The notes under the pieces: generated by a model | What the model was told of the DNA's origin: nothing | Databases searched by the model: none | The model's input: the letters and a program-made list of their open reading frames with translations, nothing else | DNA from: Paraphysomonas bandaiensis | Taxonomy: Eukaryota > Protista > Chrysophyceae | Length of the DNA: 64,000 nucleotides | Reading direction: 5' to 3' | Assembly: GCA_965644295.1 (NCBI GenBank) | Contig: CBFFRP010000126.1 | Location: forward strand, 1 to 64,000 | Program-made: the position numbers and the translations under genes | Shown here: piece after piece, positions 37,516 through 49,680 of the stretch | How positions within the stretch are numbered: the stretch's first letter is position 1 | Layout: every line of letters starts with the position of its first letter

Positions 37516-39067
37516 GTTTAGAAGCATTTAATTCTTGTTTTGGTTCCGTTTCAGCATTCCACCTCTCATTTAGAGACAGATGTGATCCGTATCAGAACTG
37601 AGAGCTTCCTTCCAGGAGCAACATGAACCAAATGCAAGTCTTAATTTGAGGAAAGCTGACTTCACATTAATATGACAGCGGCTACCTTTTTGAAGTCGTT
37701 ATAATCTTCTAGAAATAGTGTTAATTATTGGAGCCGGAAACACGAAAATAACGAGCTATTTACACACTTAGGAGAATAGATCTGTCTCTTAATTGATGCG
37801 AGTAGTGAAACTTGTTTTTCCCTTTGGTTGAAACTCATCCCATAAATTCCGACAACTAAGAACTCGAAGGCACCATGGTGGATGTCGTACGCACTGCACA
37901 TCAACTGACGAAAGTGAAGTGAAAGTGGGTACTGTAGAATGGCGAACCAAGCTAATAATTATATGTTGCGTTCTGACTAGCCATTTTAATTATATGTTGT
38001 GTTCAGACTAGCCATTTGAAGCTAAGGGCTCAGCAGTATTGGTTGCTACTTCTGCATGATGTATCGTTATAGCTTTTGATTCATCCCTGGTCGAGTAGAC
38101 TTACTCTCAGTAGTATATATTCCCTCCACAATAGCAGCTCAATTTAAATGGTGACTAGATATGTGTCAGGTTTCTTAATCTATTTAAACTTCTAAGAAGT
38201 AAGGGCAGTGAATTTGTTAATCTCAACTCTGCACTGGTGACTGAAAACCTGGATAGATTGCAAAGAAATTCAAGGCTTTCAAAGCCAAAACGGATGCGGT
38301 AAATATAGCAGAGATGGCCAACGCATATGCTCATTCTGCTTAATGACGGGGCACGTATTTAACTGGCACAACACCATAATAGTATATAGCCTATAGTAAT
38401 GTAGTTTCACTTGTTTAACTAACAATAGCACTATAAATTCTGTGTTTTACTATAACTTGCGGTGTATTTAGCTAATTGCGCAGACATTATATTATTAGTA
38501 ACTTTAGTATTTTCAAATTTGAAGTAGCAACCATTACTGCTGAGTCCTTAGCTTCAAATGGCTAGTCTGAACACACATATAATTAAAATGGCTAGTCAGA
38601 ACGCAACATATAATTATTAGCTTGGTTCGCCATTCTACAGTACCCACTTTCACTTCACTTTCGTCAGTTGATGTGCAGTGCGTACGACATCCACCATGGT
38701 GCCTTCGAGTTCTTAGTTGTCGGAATTTATGGGATGAGTTTCAACCAAAGGGAAAAACAAGTTTCACTTCTCGCATCAATTAAGAGACAGATCTATTCTC
38801 CTAAGTGTGTAAATAGCTCGTTATTTTCGTGTTTCCGGCTCCAATAATTAACACTATTTCTAGAAGATTATATCGTCAGCATAACGACTTCAAAAAGGTA
38901 GCCGCTGTCATATTAATGTGAAGTCAGCTTTCCTCAAATTAAGACTTGCATTTGGTTCATGTTGCTCCTGGAAGGAAGCTCTCAGTTCTGATACGGATCA
39001 CATCTGTCTCTAAACGAGAGATGGAATGCTGAAACGGAACCAAAACAAGCATTAAATGCTTCTAAAC
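37516..39067. mobile_element. Second foldback structure: ~540-bp inverted arms (37516-38052 / 38521-39067), ~470-bp spacer
   Basis: gtttagaagcattta... mirrors ...taaatgcttctaaac. The arms differ by a few SNPs and a ~10-bp indel near 38872. No clear TSD. Confidence 0.8.
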
Positions 39068-39315
39068 AATGACATAGACACAACAAGAATGACCTGCTTG
39101 CGGTTCTGTTTACTCCTGTATTGTTTTTTCAACATAAACACACAAATTGCTGTTTTTCATGCGTGGATTTTCAGTTTGATTAGCTTTGTTCGACTTTTTC
39201 CCACCCGCAGACACACAGAAATGCACTGAGTGAAAATAACGCTGATTTTAATGATGAATAGATATGGTGTAACACTATCTCCCTTGCATGCAAATTCATC
39301 AAACAGACGGACACA

Positions 39316-41069
39316 ATGATATGTTTGATCTTGCTCTTGCTTGCTCGGGTTATTTATAGTACAGATATTTCATCCGACTCTTTTAAACTCTTTTCTATTA
39401 AACACTTTAAACCGTCCAATAAGAGTGATGTATCATCTTGGGAAGTAAGTCGTTTTGCGAAGAGCGAAGTATCTCAAGTAGATGCAGTGTGTAATATTCA
39501 GACGATTGGGTACCTGTATACACACAGCAAGAGTAACATCGACTTTCGACATGGAGGTAGAGCTGAAATGACAGTCTTAGAGGAGAATCCTTTCCTTACC
39601 AACTGCGTCTACATGACCTTTATAAATGCCCAAGTCAGAAAAATTTGGAGACCGAGAATACGGGAGGTAAATTATTGTGTTCGTAGGCAGTATAGTTGTT
39701 CTGAATTCTCATTGCAGGATCCTTTAGGGTCCCTTGGTGTTGTAATTCAGTGCCCTGTTCCAAATACATTGCGCGGTCGCGATATATGCAAAAAGTTTGA
39801 ACAGAAGAATATGCATTTGCAGATGACAATTTTTTCTTCAAAACGAAATGTGCAAACCGCGCCTGAACGATTAGTTGCCTCGATTGAATATTCTCCACAT
39901 GCTGACTTACAACTACCCGCGAACAAGCTGGCACGTCTGCGCGGATCGAATGCTGTCATTACTGTACAGACCTTTCGAAACCGTATATCGGGCCCCATGC
40001 TGTATATGTTCATAAAGTACTATACAAACCTCGGTTGGCCGGTGATAATCTACGACAGGTTCGGCCTTCACGCAGATTTCGTAAAAGACTTCGTGGACTC
40101 TGTGGACGTTATTTACCATCCATATACTTTGTTTGAGTCAGTATTTCCCCATGACTTTAACCGAAGCGCGGTGAATGTTGATGTAAGCAGCTGTGGCAGT
40201 AAAAGTATTCTAGTTTGAAATTATATAATTTCAGGACACCGACTTCAAGTATTGGCACTTCTTCTCAGCTTTTCTAAACGAGACAAAAGTGAATATTGAT
40301 ATTGTTCACTCATATATGAAGGTACTTTTATGTCATTGATTCGCTGGATAATGCTTCTAACTGTTGTGGGACAGAGAGATGATATGCTTAACCAGGACGA
40401 CGACAAGCGGGCTACTCTAAACCATGCATCCCAACAGTACATGGGTCTTGTGCAGAGCCTGTTTTACGTGGATAGAGACGAGTTCCTTCACTGTCCTAGT
40501 GTACAAAGCAGTGTGCCAAGGCAGAGGCAATATCAACAAAGCTTTGTAAATGATCTAGTGGCTGCCGGCATTGATGAGGTTAAGTTCGTAAGATATAATT
40601 ATGCATCCAGGTCACCTTCGGGTGTTGTGAAAACTGACAAAGAGCTCAGCGCGATACTGGAGAACTGTATCCGTATTTCGTACGAAGAGAAGTCCTTGGC
40701 TAAATTTTGGTCATGTTATACTTCATATTCTGTTTTCAAAACGAAGGAAAAGTGCGTATATGTACCAGACTCCTGTCCCTTTCACGACCTCCACGCGGCG
40801 TGCATCAGGTATGTTGTTACTATGCTGCAAGCGATACTAATGTGCCTTTACTTTCTTTTTAGGTGTCGATGCAACAGCACTGTCATTGGAAACAGTAGAA
40901 ATAAAAGGTAGTTCTTGCAGAATTGTTTTCGTAATTGTAATATTTTGTTGTCAGGAAATGCCATATTGTGCACCTTAGTAATACGCTTATAGATGTGGGT
41001 TCAACTAATGCAGTCAATCAAATGAAATATGCAAATGTCGAACTCGTCAATATGTGGAAAAGTTTTTAG
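39316..41069 (+). CDS. Putative glycosyltransferase (GT92/DUF23-like), multi-exon
   Basis: Signal anchor, FIKYYTNLGWPVIIYD, Q...TLNHA and LFYVDRDEFL (DxDEF), then K.VY and a C-terminal IVH. Confidence 0.6.
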
Positions 41070-41375
41070 TATACTTGGGGCCATTCGTTTAGTGGCGAAG
41101 TTAAATAATAATATTTTTGGATTTATAGTATTGACACAATTTGCGACATGTATTTGCGTATTTGCTATCCCTGATTCATTTGTGCACACGCCCTGTTCTG
41201 TCACGCCTACTATACTGTATATTACATATATTTAGTATACTTGTATACTTTATGGCTTGCATTATCTGTGGTCTACCAAAACTGATTTGGAAATATAAAT
41301 TTTCTTTGCATCACGTGATGCTTAATAGGAGCCTGATATACATTTCCAGTTCACTTCCAAGACAAATGTAATTCA

Positions 41376-41668
41376 TAACAGAAGTTGACATTATTTGCTA
41401 AGGTTTACTATTCTCAACTGATAAGATGAAATTATAAACATTACATGATAAAGAACCTAAGTTGTGTTCGATGTGTTCAACACCATTCATTTACTACTAT
41501 AGTGTACAAACCACACACTCAGTGATCGTATCCTGTATAGTCACCCACTTCTACTTCAGTTTCATACTACACAATATAATGTACTAATTACATACATATC
41601 TTTCGATCCTTGCATCTCACATAATACTGCACTCAATTGCAAGTATATAGAATCTTCAGATCTCAACA
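41376..41668 (-). repeat. 3' LTR (TG...TA)
   Basis: Direct repeat of 45368-45660, preceded on the minus strand by the polypurine tract at 41669-41677. Confidence 0.95.
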
Positions 41669-41792
41669 CTCCCCCTCAATTGAGTGTTGTACTATGACGC
41701 CTCCCAGCTATTGAATGCCTGAGATAAAAAAATTCTTGACAGTAAAATAGACTCATCTCTAAGTCTAAACCTCTGTCTAAAAAACTCAGTAC

Positions 41793-44700
41793 CTACTTGC
41801 GTCTTCTTTTATCCCTTGGTCCCTCATTAATCACTTCAGTGGAACTCTTAATTTTCTCTCCAAGATTTCTCTTTCTCTGCTCCATATATGATAAACCAAC
41901 CAATGACTTTGTATAAATATCTGCTGCTTGTTGCGATGTATGCACATGCACTAACTTAATCGTATTGAACTGATTGGGATCCACGTGCTCTCTCACCATG
42001 TGATACTTAATCTCAATGTGCTTCGACTTCTTGTGAAATACTGGGTTTTCGGCCAAATCCTGGGCACTCTGACTGTCGATGAAGAATGGTGTGGGTTTGA
42101 TGAGCCTCAACTTAATCTCACCCGTCACCCCCCGAACCCATAGCACTTCTTGGAGACCCGAGTAAATACATTGATACTCAGACTGCATGCTTGACGTTGC
42201 CACTGTCGTCTGCAGTTTGGACTGCCAGACTATAGGCCCTCCCGCTGCAAACCCAACGTACCCCGACGTGGACTTCCTGGAGATCTGGTCTCCCGCCCAA
42301 TCCGCGTCAGTAAACATATGGAAGTCGAACCGTCTACTCCCATATTGAATCCCTTTGTCAATAGAACCACGAATATATTGCCATACGTGTGTTAATAGCT
42401 TGCATACTTCAATATTCACCTTATTACTGAACCGAGACAGTACTCCCACTGCATAGGCAATATCCGGCCTCGTGTTCATCGATAGATATAGTAATGCACC
42501 TATCAGCGGCCGATATGGAAAGTTATCTACTATAAGCTGTTCCTCCTCGGTATGCTCATGCCGCGCCCCTTTTGCCACTAAATCCATTGCTTCCGTCGGT
42601 AGAGGACTCTTCCGTACCTTTCGCGGTGGCCCAAGATACTTTTCAAACTTTTCTAAGATCTTAGCCGCATAGACTGATTGGTCAAGACGAATATACTCTG
42701 GCGTTCTTGTGACTCGAACATTCAGAAAATGTTCCATCTCGCCCATATCCTTCATATCAAACCGGGCACACAGTTGAGCTTTAATATCCTTCACTCTGTT
42801 GACATCACGACCTAACACTAGGATATCATCTACATATATCGTTAATAATATCAATTCATCGCCCTTATACTGATAATACAAACACGGGTCTAATACACAT
42901 GGTTTAAAATGCATAGATCGTATGAATTTATCCAATGTTTTCCACCACGACCGCGGGGAACTCCGAAGCCCGTATAACGACTTCTTCAACTTAAAGCAGT
43001 ACCCCTCAGGCAGCTGAAAGTCCGGAGTTGCCTTCATATATACGTCCCCCTCTATATCTGCATATAGAAATGCGTTAGACACATCCAGTTGATGAATTAC
43101 CATGTTCATCACGAAGGCTATGGCGATTAACAGTCGCACTGTTACCCCCTTAACAATGGGTGCGAAATGGTTCGCCCAACCACTCGACTGCTGTCCACAA
43201 CCGATTGCTACAAGACGAGCCTTATATCGGCGGACCTCTCCCTCCTTATCGTACTTCTTTCCATAGACGTACTTGGAGTGCAGTGGGATGACTCCGTCCG
43301 GTATACGAGTCACCTCCATGGTATCTCGCTTCGCCAAACCCTCTCGCTCTACACGGCGAGCTCGTCTCCACTCCCTGTGCTCGGCACTCTCCAAGGACTC
43401 ACGATGTGTCTGAGTTTGCTGACTAATAAGTTCGGATCCTCCATCGGCATGATACTCCACTATACGGTTCCACCCCTCGTACTTCACTAAGTGGACCTCG
43501 CACAAGTGTCGTAGACATTTGAACACCTCCTCTCCGCTTCGAGTCCTCAATCCATATTCCCATATCATCTTTGTTGCTAAGTCCGTAAATAGGAGCACGT
43601 ACTTATACCCTTGTCTGGATTCACAATTGAGATAGACGGAGATGTCCGCTGTTACTCTTTCCAGGAACCTGACTGCGCTTAGCTCTTCGTTGTCCCGTGA
43701 TTTGAACGAATGCCTGGTTATCTTCGCCTTGGCACACCATTTACACAGGGGTTTCTTGCAACTCTTCTCCTTTGCCTTCGAAAGGTGATGTCGTTGTAGT
43801 CCTGATCCTCTGAATAACATGTGTCGGTGAGCTTCTATTAACTTCGATTTCGAGACATGTCCAGTACGCTCATGTAAGCGATCCAACGCATCTTGTCCTG
43901 TATTATCCGACAAATTTACCTCCTCCATCTGATTGCACATAGACACATTTGGCAGATTTAACACCTCCATCAAGTCCACATACGGCATTCCTCCATGCTC
44001 ATCGTACTCTCCAGTCAACACCTCGTTTCCAGAGTCCAATTCCACGATTTTAGGCTTTCGAAGCAGTTGTAATCCGTATCCCATTGATCTCAGCATTCCT
44101 CCTGACACAATGTTCTTCACCGCTTCTTCACTAACTCTGATGTCTCTCCATTCCCCGAATGTACCAGTTCCCTGTGTCTCCAATTGAGAACCCTTTCTAG
44201 TTAGTTGGATTGCCCCAAACTCAGGAGTAAATGACTCCAGTGCAATTTTATCCTTTACTATAAACAGTCTTTTACTTGCACAACTGTCCAGATATACACG
44301 AGGTTCTTCCGACGTATCCACCGATAGCAAAACCTCTTCTCCAAACATATTCGCTTCATCATCCGACGACTCTCCGTCGTTGACGTATTTCTTCCATTCT
44401 GTCTCGAATTTCCTGTTCGATTTTCGAGGATTCTCATTATCCGGGTTTTTTATGTTCTTCCGTTTTTTCGACTTGCACTGTCGGGCTTTATGACTAAAAT
44501 CTCCACAGATATGACAACCAGTATAATCCTTTGATCCTGGCTGCTGCACACTCTTCGAAGCTTTTTCCTTTGTCTTCCCTTTTCTTTTGAACTTGTCCAT
44601 TTTTCTTTGTCGTTCCTTAGCATAACAATTCGCTGCTACATGTCCCTTCTTCCGACAAAATGAACAAACCACTGGCTCCTTCGACGCCGTAAAATTGATC

Positions 44701-45383
44701 TCTTCAGATTTGTCTCCCTTTAGTTTCTTCAGCTGCGTCATAGCCTCGTCATACTCTTCACAAGCCTCTTTCACCGAATCAAATGTAGTTGTTGCTTTAG
44801 GCATCATCGCTACCGACATCCATAAATCATGTAATTCCTCTATCTGCAGCGCTGCTTTTATCTTTGCTAATTTACTTGCCTCTGTCTGCGGTTGTCCCAA
44901 TTTTATGAGCTTCTGGATTATACCGTTCAGTCGATCTACCCCAACAGACACCTTTTCCCCCGGCCTTATTTTGAACGAATGGTATTCTGCCGTAGTCTTC
45001 TCCAATACAGTCCCAATCTCGCCTCTGAACCTATCAACCAGTGTCTGAAGGAGCTCACTGGATAACACCTCCTTAGCAGGATCATCAGCAGGTAAAATTG
45101 CCTTCCCCTCCAAATATTGATTGGCTACCTCCAACACATCAGGGTCATGCTCGCAAGCCTCCCAAATAGTACTAACACAGGTATCATTACGCTCTCTCCA
45201 TGACTCTAAATTCCTTCCTCCGGCTGGCGGGTCCTCCAAGCCAAGATGGTTTCGGTTTTTCTTCATTAGATGCATCTTGATTTTTCTCGCTGAATAGTCT
45301 GCTTGGTTCTTGTCAAACCGTAGCTTCTTGTCATCTTCCCCATCCCTACAACTAGCATTCGCTACCATAACAGAAGTTGACAT
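41793..45383 (-). CDS. Copia gag-pol polyprotein (gag, 2 CCHC knuckles, protease, GAG-pre-integrase, truncated integrase, RT, RNase H)
   Basis: CSFCRKKGHVAANC and CHICGDFSHKARQC; YLDSCAS; HERTGH..CKWC; YHADGGSE; YKARLVA; QLDVSNAFL; LKKSLYGL; IYVDD; FTDADWAG; KSKHIEIKYH. Confidence 0.97.
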   Translation of the reverse strand: MSTSVMVANASCRDGEDDKKLRFDKNQADYSARKIKMHLMKKNRNHLGLEDPPAGGRNLESWRERNDTCVSTIWEACEHDPDVLEVANQYLEGKAILPADDPAKEVLSSELLQTLVDRFRGEIGTVLEKTTAEYHSFKIRPGEKVSVGVDRLNGIIQKLIKLGQPQTEASKLAKIKAALQIEELHDLWMSVAMMPKATTTFDSVKEACEEYDEAMTQLKKLKGDKSEEINFTASKEPVVCSFCRKKGHVAANCYAKERQRKMDKFKRKGKTKEKASKSVQQPGSKDYTGCHICGDFSHKARQCKSKKRKNIKNPDNENPRKSNRKFETEWKKYVNDGESSDDEANMFGEEVLLSVDTSEEPRVYLDSCASKRLFIVKDKIALESFTPEFGAIQLTRKGSQLETQGTGTFGEWRDIRVSEEAVKNIVSGGMLRSMGYGLQLLRKPKIVELDSGNEVLTGEYDEHGGMPYVDLMEVLNLPNVSMCNQMEEVNLSDNTGQDALDRLHERTGHVSKSKLIEAHRHMLFRGSGLQRHHLSKAKEKSCKKPLCKWCAKAKITRHSFKSRDNEELSAVRFLERVTADISVYLNCESRQGYKYVLLFTDLATKMIWEYGLRTRSGEEVFKCLRHLCEVHLVKYEGWNRIVEYHADGGSELISQQTQTHRESLESAEHREWRRARRVEREGLAKRDTMEVTRIPDGVIPLHSKYVYGKKYDKEGEVRRYKARLVAIGCGQQSSGWANHFAPIVKGVTVRLLIAIAFVMNMVIHQLDVSNAFLYADIEGDVYMKATPDFQLPEGYCFKLKKSLYGLRSSPRSWWKTLDKFIRSMHFKPCVLDPCLYYQYKGDELILLTIYVDDILVLGRDVNRVKDIKAQLCARFDMKDMGEMEHFLNVRVTRTPEYIRLDQSVYAAKILEKFEKYLGPPRKVRKSPLPTEAMDLVAKGARHEHTEEEQLIVDNFPYRPLIGALLYLSMNTRPDIAYAVGVLSRFSNKVNIEVCKLLTHVWQYIRGSIDKGIQYGSRRFDFHMFTDADWAGDQISRKSTSGYVGFAAGGPIVWQSKLQTTVATSSMQSEYQCIYSGLQEVLWVRGVTGEIKLRLIKPTPFFIDSQSAQDLAENPVFHKKSKHIEIKYHMVREHVDPNQFNTIKLVHVHTSQQAADIYTKSLVGLSYMEQRKRNLGEKIKSSTEVINEGPRDKRRRK
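45356..45367 (-). promoter_or_regulatory. Primer-binding site (TGGTAGCGAATG), probably initiator tRNA-Met
   Basis: Abuts the 5' LTR. TGGTAGCG equals the first 8 nt of the Ty1 iMet PBS. Confidence 0.75.
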
Positions 45384-45660
45384 TATTTGCTAAGGTTTAC
45401 TATTCTCAACTGATAAGATGAAATTATAAACATTACATGATAAAGAACCTAAGTTGTGTTCGATGTGTTCAACACCATTCATTTACTACTATAGTGTACA
45501 AACCACACACTCAGTGATCGTATCCTGTATAGTCACCCACTTCTACTTCAGTTTCATACTACACAATATAATGTACTAATTACATACATATCTTTCGATC
45601 CTTGCATCTCACATAATACTGCACTCAATTGCAAGTATATAGAATCTTCAGATCTCAACA
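45368..45660 (-). repeat. 5' LTR (TG...TA)
   Basis: Direct repeat of 41376-41668. Confidence 0.95.
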
Positions 45661-45964
45661 ATTCATAGAACACTTGGATGTTCATCAGTCAGCCAGCCAG
45701 CCCCAAATTACCATTAAATCTCATGTTCGTTATCCATCAGTAATTAGTACAAGGAAGATTCGAAAGCTGAACTATGAATGCCATATACAAAGTTGAGCCT
45801 TTGGCTGTTTAGACGCTCTTCACTAAAATAAACTATACTATAGCCGAAGCTATCTTGAAAATACACTGTGGTTGATTACTCTATTGATTACTCTATTGTA
45901 TTAGAAAGTTAGAGCGGAAGTATTTTGCAAACTCATACGCCCTAATACTACATATAACGTATTA

Positions 45965-46375
45965 TTATTAGCAAAAGAAGTTGGCATTGAGATACTAAAT
46001 TTGAATCAAAATTTAATACACATTAAGCTCTTCTTCTACGTTTAACACACTTTCCACACCACAAGCAACAAGGTGCAACCATTCTCGCTACCAACCACTC
46101 AAATCAAGAGTAGTGAGCAAGCAGAATGTTGCCATAACTGACAGCTTGACCTTCAGCAGCCCTAAAACCCTGGATGCCCTTGATGGCCCCATTCCCGGAT
46201 GCCTGTATATTCATCAAGGCTCAGAGTCTACACAAGTGATAATGAAGTGGCTATGAGTGGGAAGACCATTATCTGCTGTCTATTAATACGGCTCAAGTTA
46301 GTTTCCCGGAAAAATCTCTCGTTACTTATCCCCCAGAACACCACAAAAAAGATGCAAGTCGACTTTGAGGTGCTC
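45965..46375 (-). mobile_element. Retroposon copy D (diverged, near full length)
   Basis: The reverse complement contains tgtggtgttctggggataag...ccgggaaactaacttgagccg, cccactcatagcc, aggcatccgggaatgggg, ggttgcaccttg and gctaataat. Confidence 0.7.
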
Positions 46376-46871
46376 TTACACTAAAACTCCAATCGAGGTC
46401 ATTCCTTTTCCCGGAATTTCGCATCCCAGCACGAACGATACACTCATTTCGTCACTCCTAGAAGTATGGTTCGGGAGAACGAGTTAACTTTGCAGCACAA
46501 TGTAGTTTGCTCTATCATTTCAGAGCAGTTTTTGACTGTAGTGAAGAGTGTAAAAAATATCCTTCTTTTTTTGGTGCTTTTTTAGTTTATATCCAGAAGT
46601 ACGTACAAGAGTAAGAGTTGTTCTTTCTTGTATCATATCTGTGTGGTATACCACCCACACAACATGCTGCATATACAACAACATAGCTATATATGTATAT
46701 ATGCCTACTTCCGACATCTCATCCTTGTTAATTCTGTAAGCAGCACACCATATCTACTGACTTCATCTCATCCCGTTATATCGAGTTGAAAGTCGACTAA
46801 CTTTGTTTATTATTACATATTGATATTCCAGGATACTATCAACTATAAGATCTCATTCAAAGAAAGTCGCT

Positions 46872-49365
46872 ATGTCGGCCGCCTCCACTTTTGTTACTTT
46901 GGAACATATGCGGTTTGATAACCGTAATCTAGAGGCATTGCCAGTTGATAAGTCATTAAATCCGAATAGCCGTCAAGTGCCCGGCGCTGTTTTTAGCCTC
47001 TGTACTCCTCAGCCAGGTGGCCGAATTCCCTACTACAAGGGTCTCTTTTCACATGTTTTGTGTAGTTGTCCGTCCCCGAATTGTAGCTGCGTCGGCTGAT
47101 GCTCTCAGCTTGTTAGGTCTTGACCCTGCCATGGACTGGACATCTCCTGAATTTGCTGCATACTTCAGTGGAAGCAACCCGATCCCAGGGTCGATGCCGG
47201 CCGCTCATTGCTACTGTGGCCATCAGTTTGGGTCGTTTGCGGGCCAACTTGGAGATGGTGCTGCAATGTATCTGGGTGAAGTGATAAACCCAGCAACATC
47301 GGAGAGATGGGAGCTACAGCTGAAGGGCTCAGGCCCGACTCCGTTTTCCCGTTCCTCGGACGGACGAAAAGTTCTCAGGAGCTCAATCAGAGAATTTCTT
47401 GCGTCTGAGGCCCTCCACAACCTCGGTCGGTATTTTACAGCACAATGTTCATTACTAATTACGCCGCTGGTACAGGTATCCCAACTACCAGGTCTGCGAC
47501 AATTGTTACCTCAGACTCAACTGTGGCGCGAGATATTTTCTACTCCGGAAACGTTATCCAGGAGCGGTGTACTGTCATATCGCGAATCGCGCAAAATTTT
47601 TTCAGATTTGGATCGTTCGAGATATTTAAGGCGGGGAACCCTGCGTTAGGGGAACGACAAGGTTTAACAAGCAAATTGCTAGCGAAATAAAACTGTGATG
47701 TGGCATGCGCAGGACCAAGCGCTGGTCGAGAAGATCTGAAAAATATTCTAATGGAGCACGTGATTACATACTACCCGGACATAGCAGGCGAGTCTGACGA
47801 CAGAACTCGATATAGACTGTTCTTTGAAGAGGTCTTGAAACGGACGGTTGACTTGGTTGTCATGTTAGTCGACAAATAGGCATAGGCTTTGTTGTAAGTA
47901 TATGTGGAATGCACAGGTGGCAAACTCTAGGATTTGTGCATGGTGTTCTCAACACCGATAACATGTCGATAATGGGACTTACCATAGGTATTTTGTCTTT
48001 TTTCTTTCTCTCAAGATGTCACATACATGCTCTTTAGATTATGGGCCATTCGCGTTCATGGAAGGATTCGACGAAGGTCTGTAGCTAATATATGAAGTAT
48101 GTTACCAATGGTTGAAGTTTAGATTTTACTCCTAATGGCTCGGACGGATCGGCCCGATATAGTTACAAGCGTCAAGTGGCTATATGCAAGTAAGTATGTC
48201 TTGCTCTCCGCCATATACATACCTCATCTAGAAATGAAGGTGGAATCTGGAGCGTCTATCGGAGGCACTCAGTCCACTGTTGGACAGCGGTGATGCAACC
48301 CGCGCCCTGACTTGCTATGATGACATGTTCAGAGAGCAGTATGCTGTTCGTATGAGAAGGAAACTTGGACTACTTTGTGTGGAGGAAGGTAGGCGCTCCG
48401 ATAAGTAGCACCCTTTTAATGACGGTTTGCGTTGTGTGGTGACGCAGGTGACACGACACTTATTGAAGACTATTTTAAAGCCATGGGCGAATGTTGGACA
48501 GATTTCACAGGCACAGTTTCCCTATCTTTTATTGTAGTTTTTAATTATAGTTGTTGGTACATAGATTCTTTCCAGTGTTTGAATATACTTGTGAGGGAGC
48601 TCTGTGTGGAAGACAATGGGACTGAGGCTAAAATCGAACGCGCAGTACAGAGAATGGTTAGGGCGATGCTAGTACGAGTTTAAAAAAGTTTATGTTTTGC
48701 ATCACAGGTGTCTCGGTCTCTGTCTCCGGAAGCAATTGCTTCGGCGCAGACAAGGAAGCTCAAGATTGTTGGTGGCTCTCGGGTGCCCGAGGGACAGTTG
48801 CGTATGATCATGGCGTTAATTGAGGCTGATCCGCAGCAGGCATCTTCTCACTTTGGAGGGATACCTGTAGAGGATTTGAGGGCAGAGATACAAGGGGAGC
48901 TCAGTAAATTTGACATGGCATCTGCTATTAGGAAACAGACGGAGGAGGTGACAGCGATGTCGGAAGAAAGAAAGGTATATGCTTTCGAATTCCTATTGCA
49001 CATGGTGTTTATGGTTAACACAGAAAGAGCGGGACGGAAGAGTGTGGCGGGAGTGGTTGAGTCGGTATGTAGTGCGTATTCAGCGGGAAATGTCACCGGG
49101 GAGTGCAGACGAAAGAGTAGAGACCATGAGAATGTCAAACCCGTCCTTTGTTATTAGAAACTGGATATGTCAGAAGGCAATTGAAGCTGCTGAAGAAGGA
49201 GACTACTCCAAAGTTAGAAAAGTTCTGGAATTGGCACAGCAACCTTTTAACCCTGATCTATCAACTTTTATCAACGAACAAAGTAGGGGGGAGGATGGTT
49301 ACAATGAATTTCTTGGTACAGCTCCAGAGTGGGCACCCTCATTGACATGCACTTGCTCGTCGTAG
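46872..49365 (+). CDS. SELO: Protein adenylyltransferase SelO (Cys-containing selenoprotein O homologue), many introns
   Basis: [92 protein letters not shown] and C-terminal TCSS*. Confidence 0.97.
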
Positions 49366-49680
49366 TGTGGATGAGTACCAATAGTTATTACTTAACGATA
49401 GTATTTTGTCTTGTCTACATCTAAAATGTCAAGGGTTTTGGGATATATATTGTATCGCTGACTTCACACCAATATTGCTTGATAGGGATCATCAATACAA
49501 ATCACACATTACCTTGCACTGATACTACGCTGAAGTTAACCTTACCTTATTTAACTTACCTTACACAACTTACTTTCAAGGTAGAATTATAATTATTAAT
49601 ATTTCAAGTGACATGTGGTGAACATCTGTTTATTGCTTATCCTGTGCACCAGCCAAACCTATATTTTATATTTTACATAG

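Larger units (their letters stand above)
41376..45660 (-). mobile_element. Ty1/copia LTR retrotransposon, recent insertion, integrase-deleted
   Basis: 293-bp LTRs at 41376-41668 and 45368-45660 (identical by eye), 5-bp TSD ATTCA on both sides, PBS TGGTAGCGAATG and PPT GAGGGGGAG. Confidence 0.97.

Noticed and set aside
42472-45048. Plus-strand ORFs overlapping the copia polyprotein (and similar antisense ORFs over DIS3, the BK channel and the F-box gene)
   Set aside because: Antisense shadows of real coding frames.
49340-49600. Selenocysteine/SECIS in SelO
   Set aside because: The corresponding codon is TGC (Cys) and the stop is TAG. No convincing SECIS was seen.
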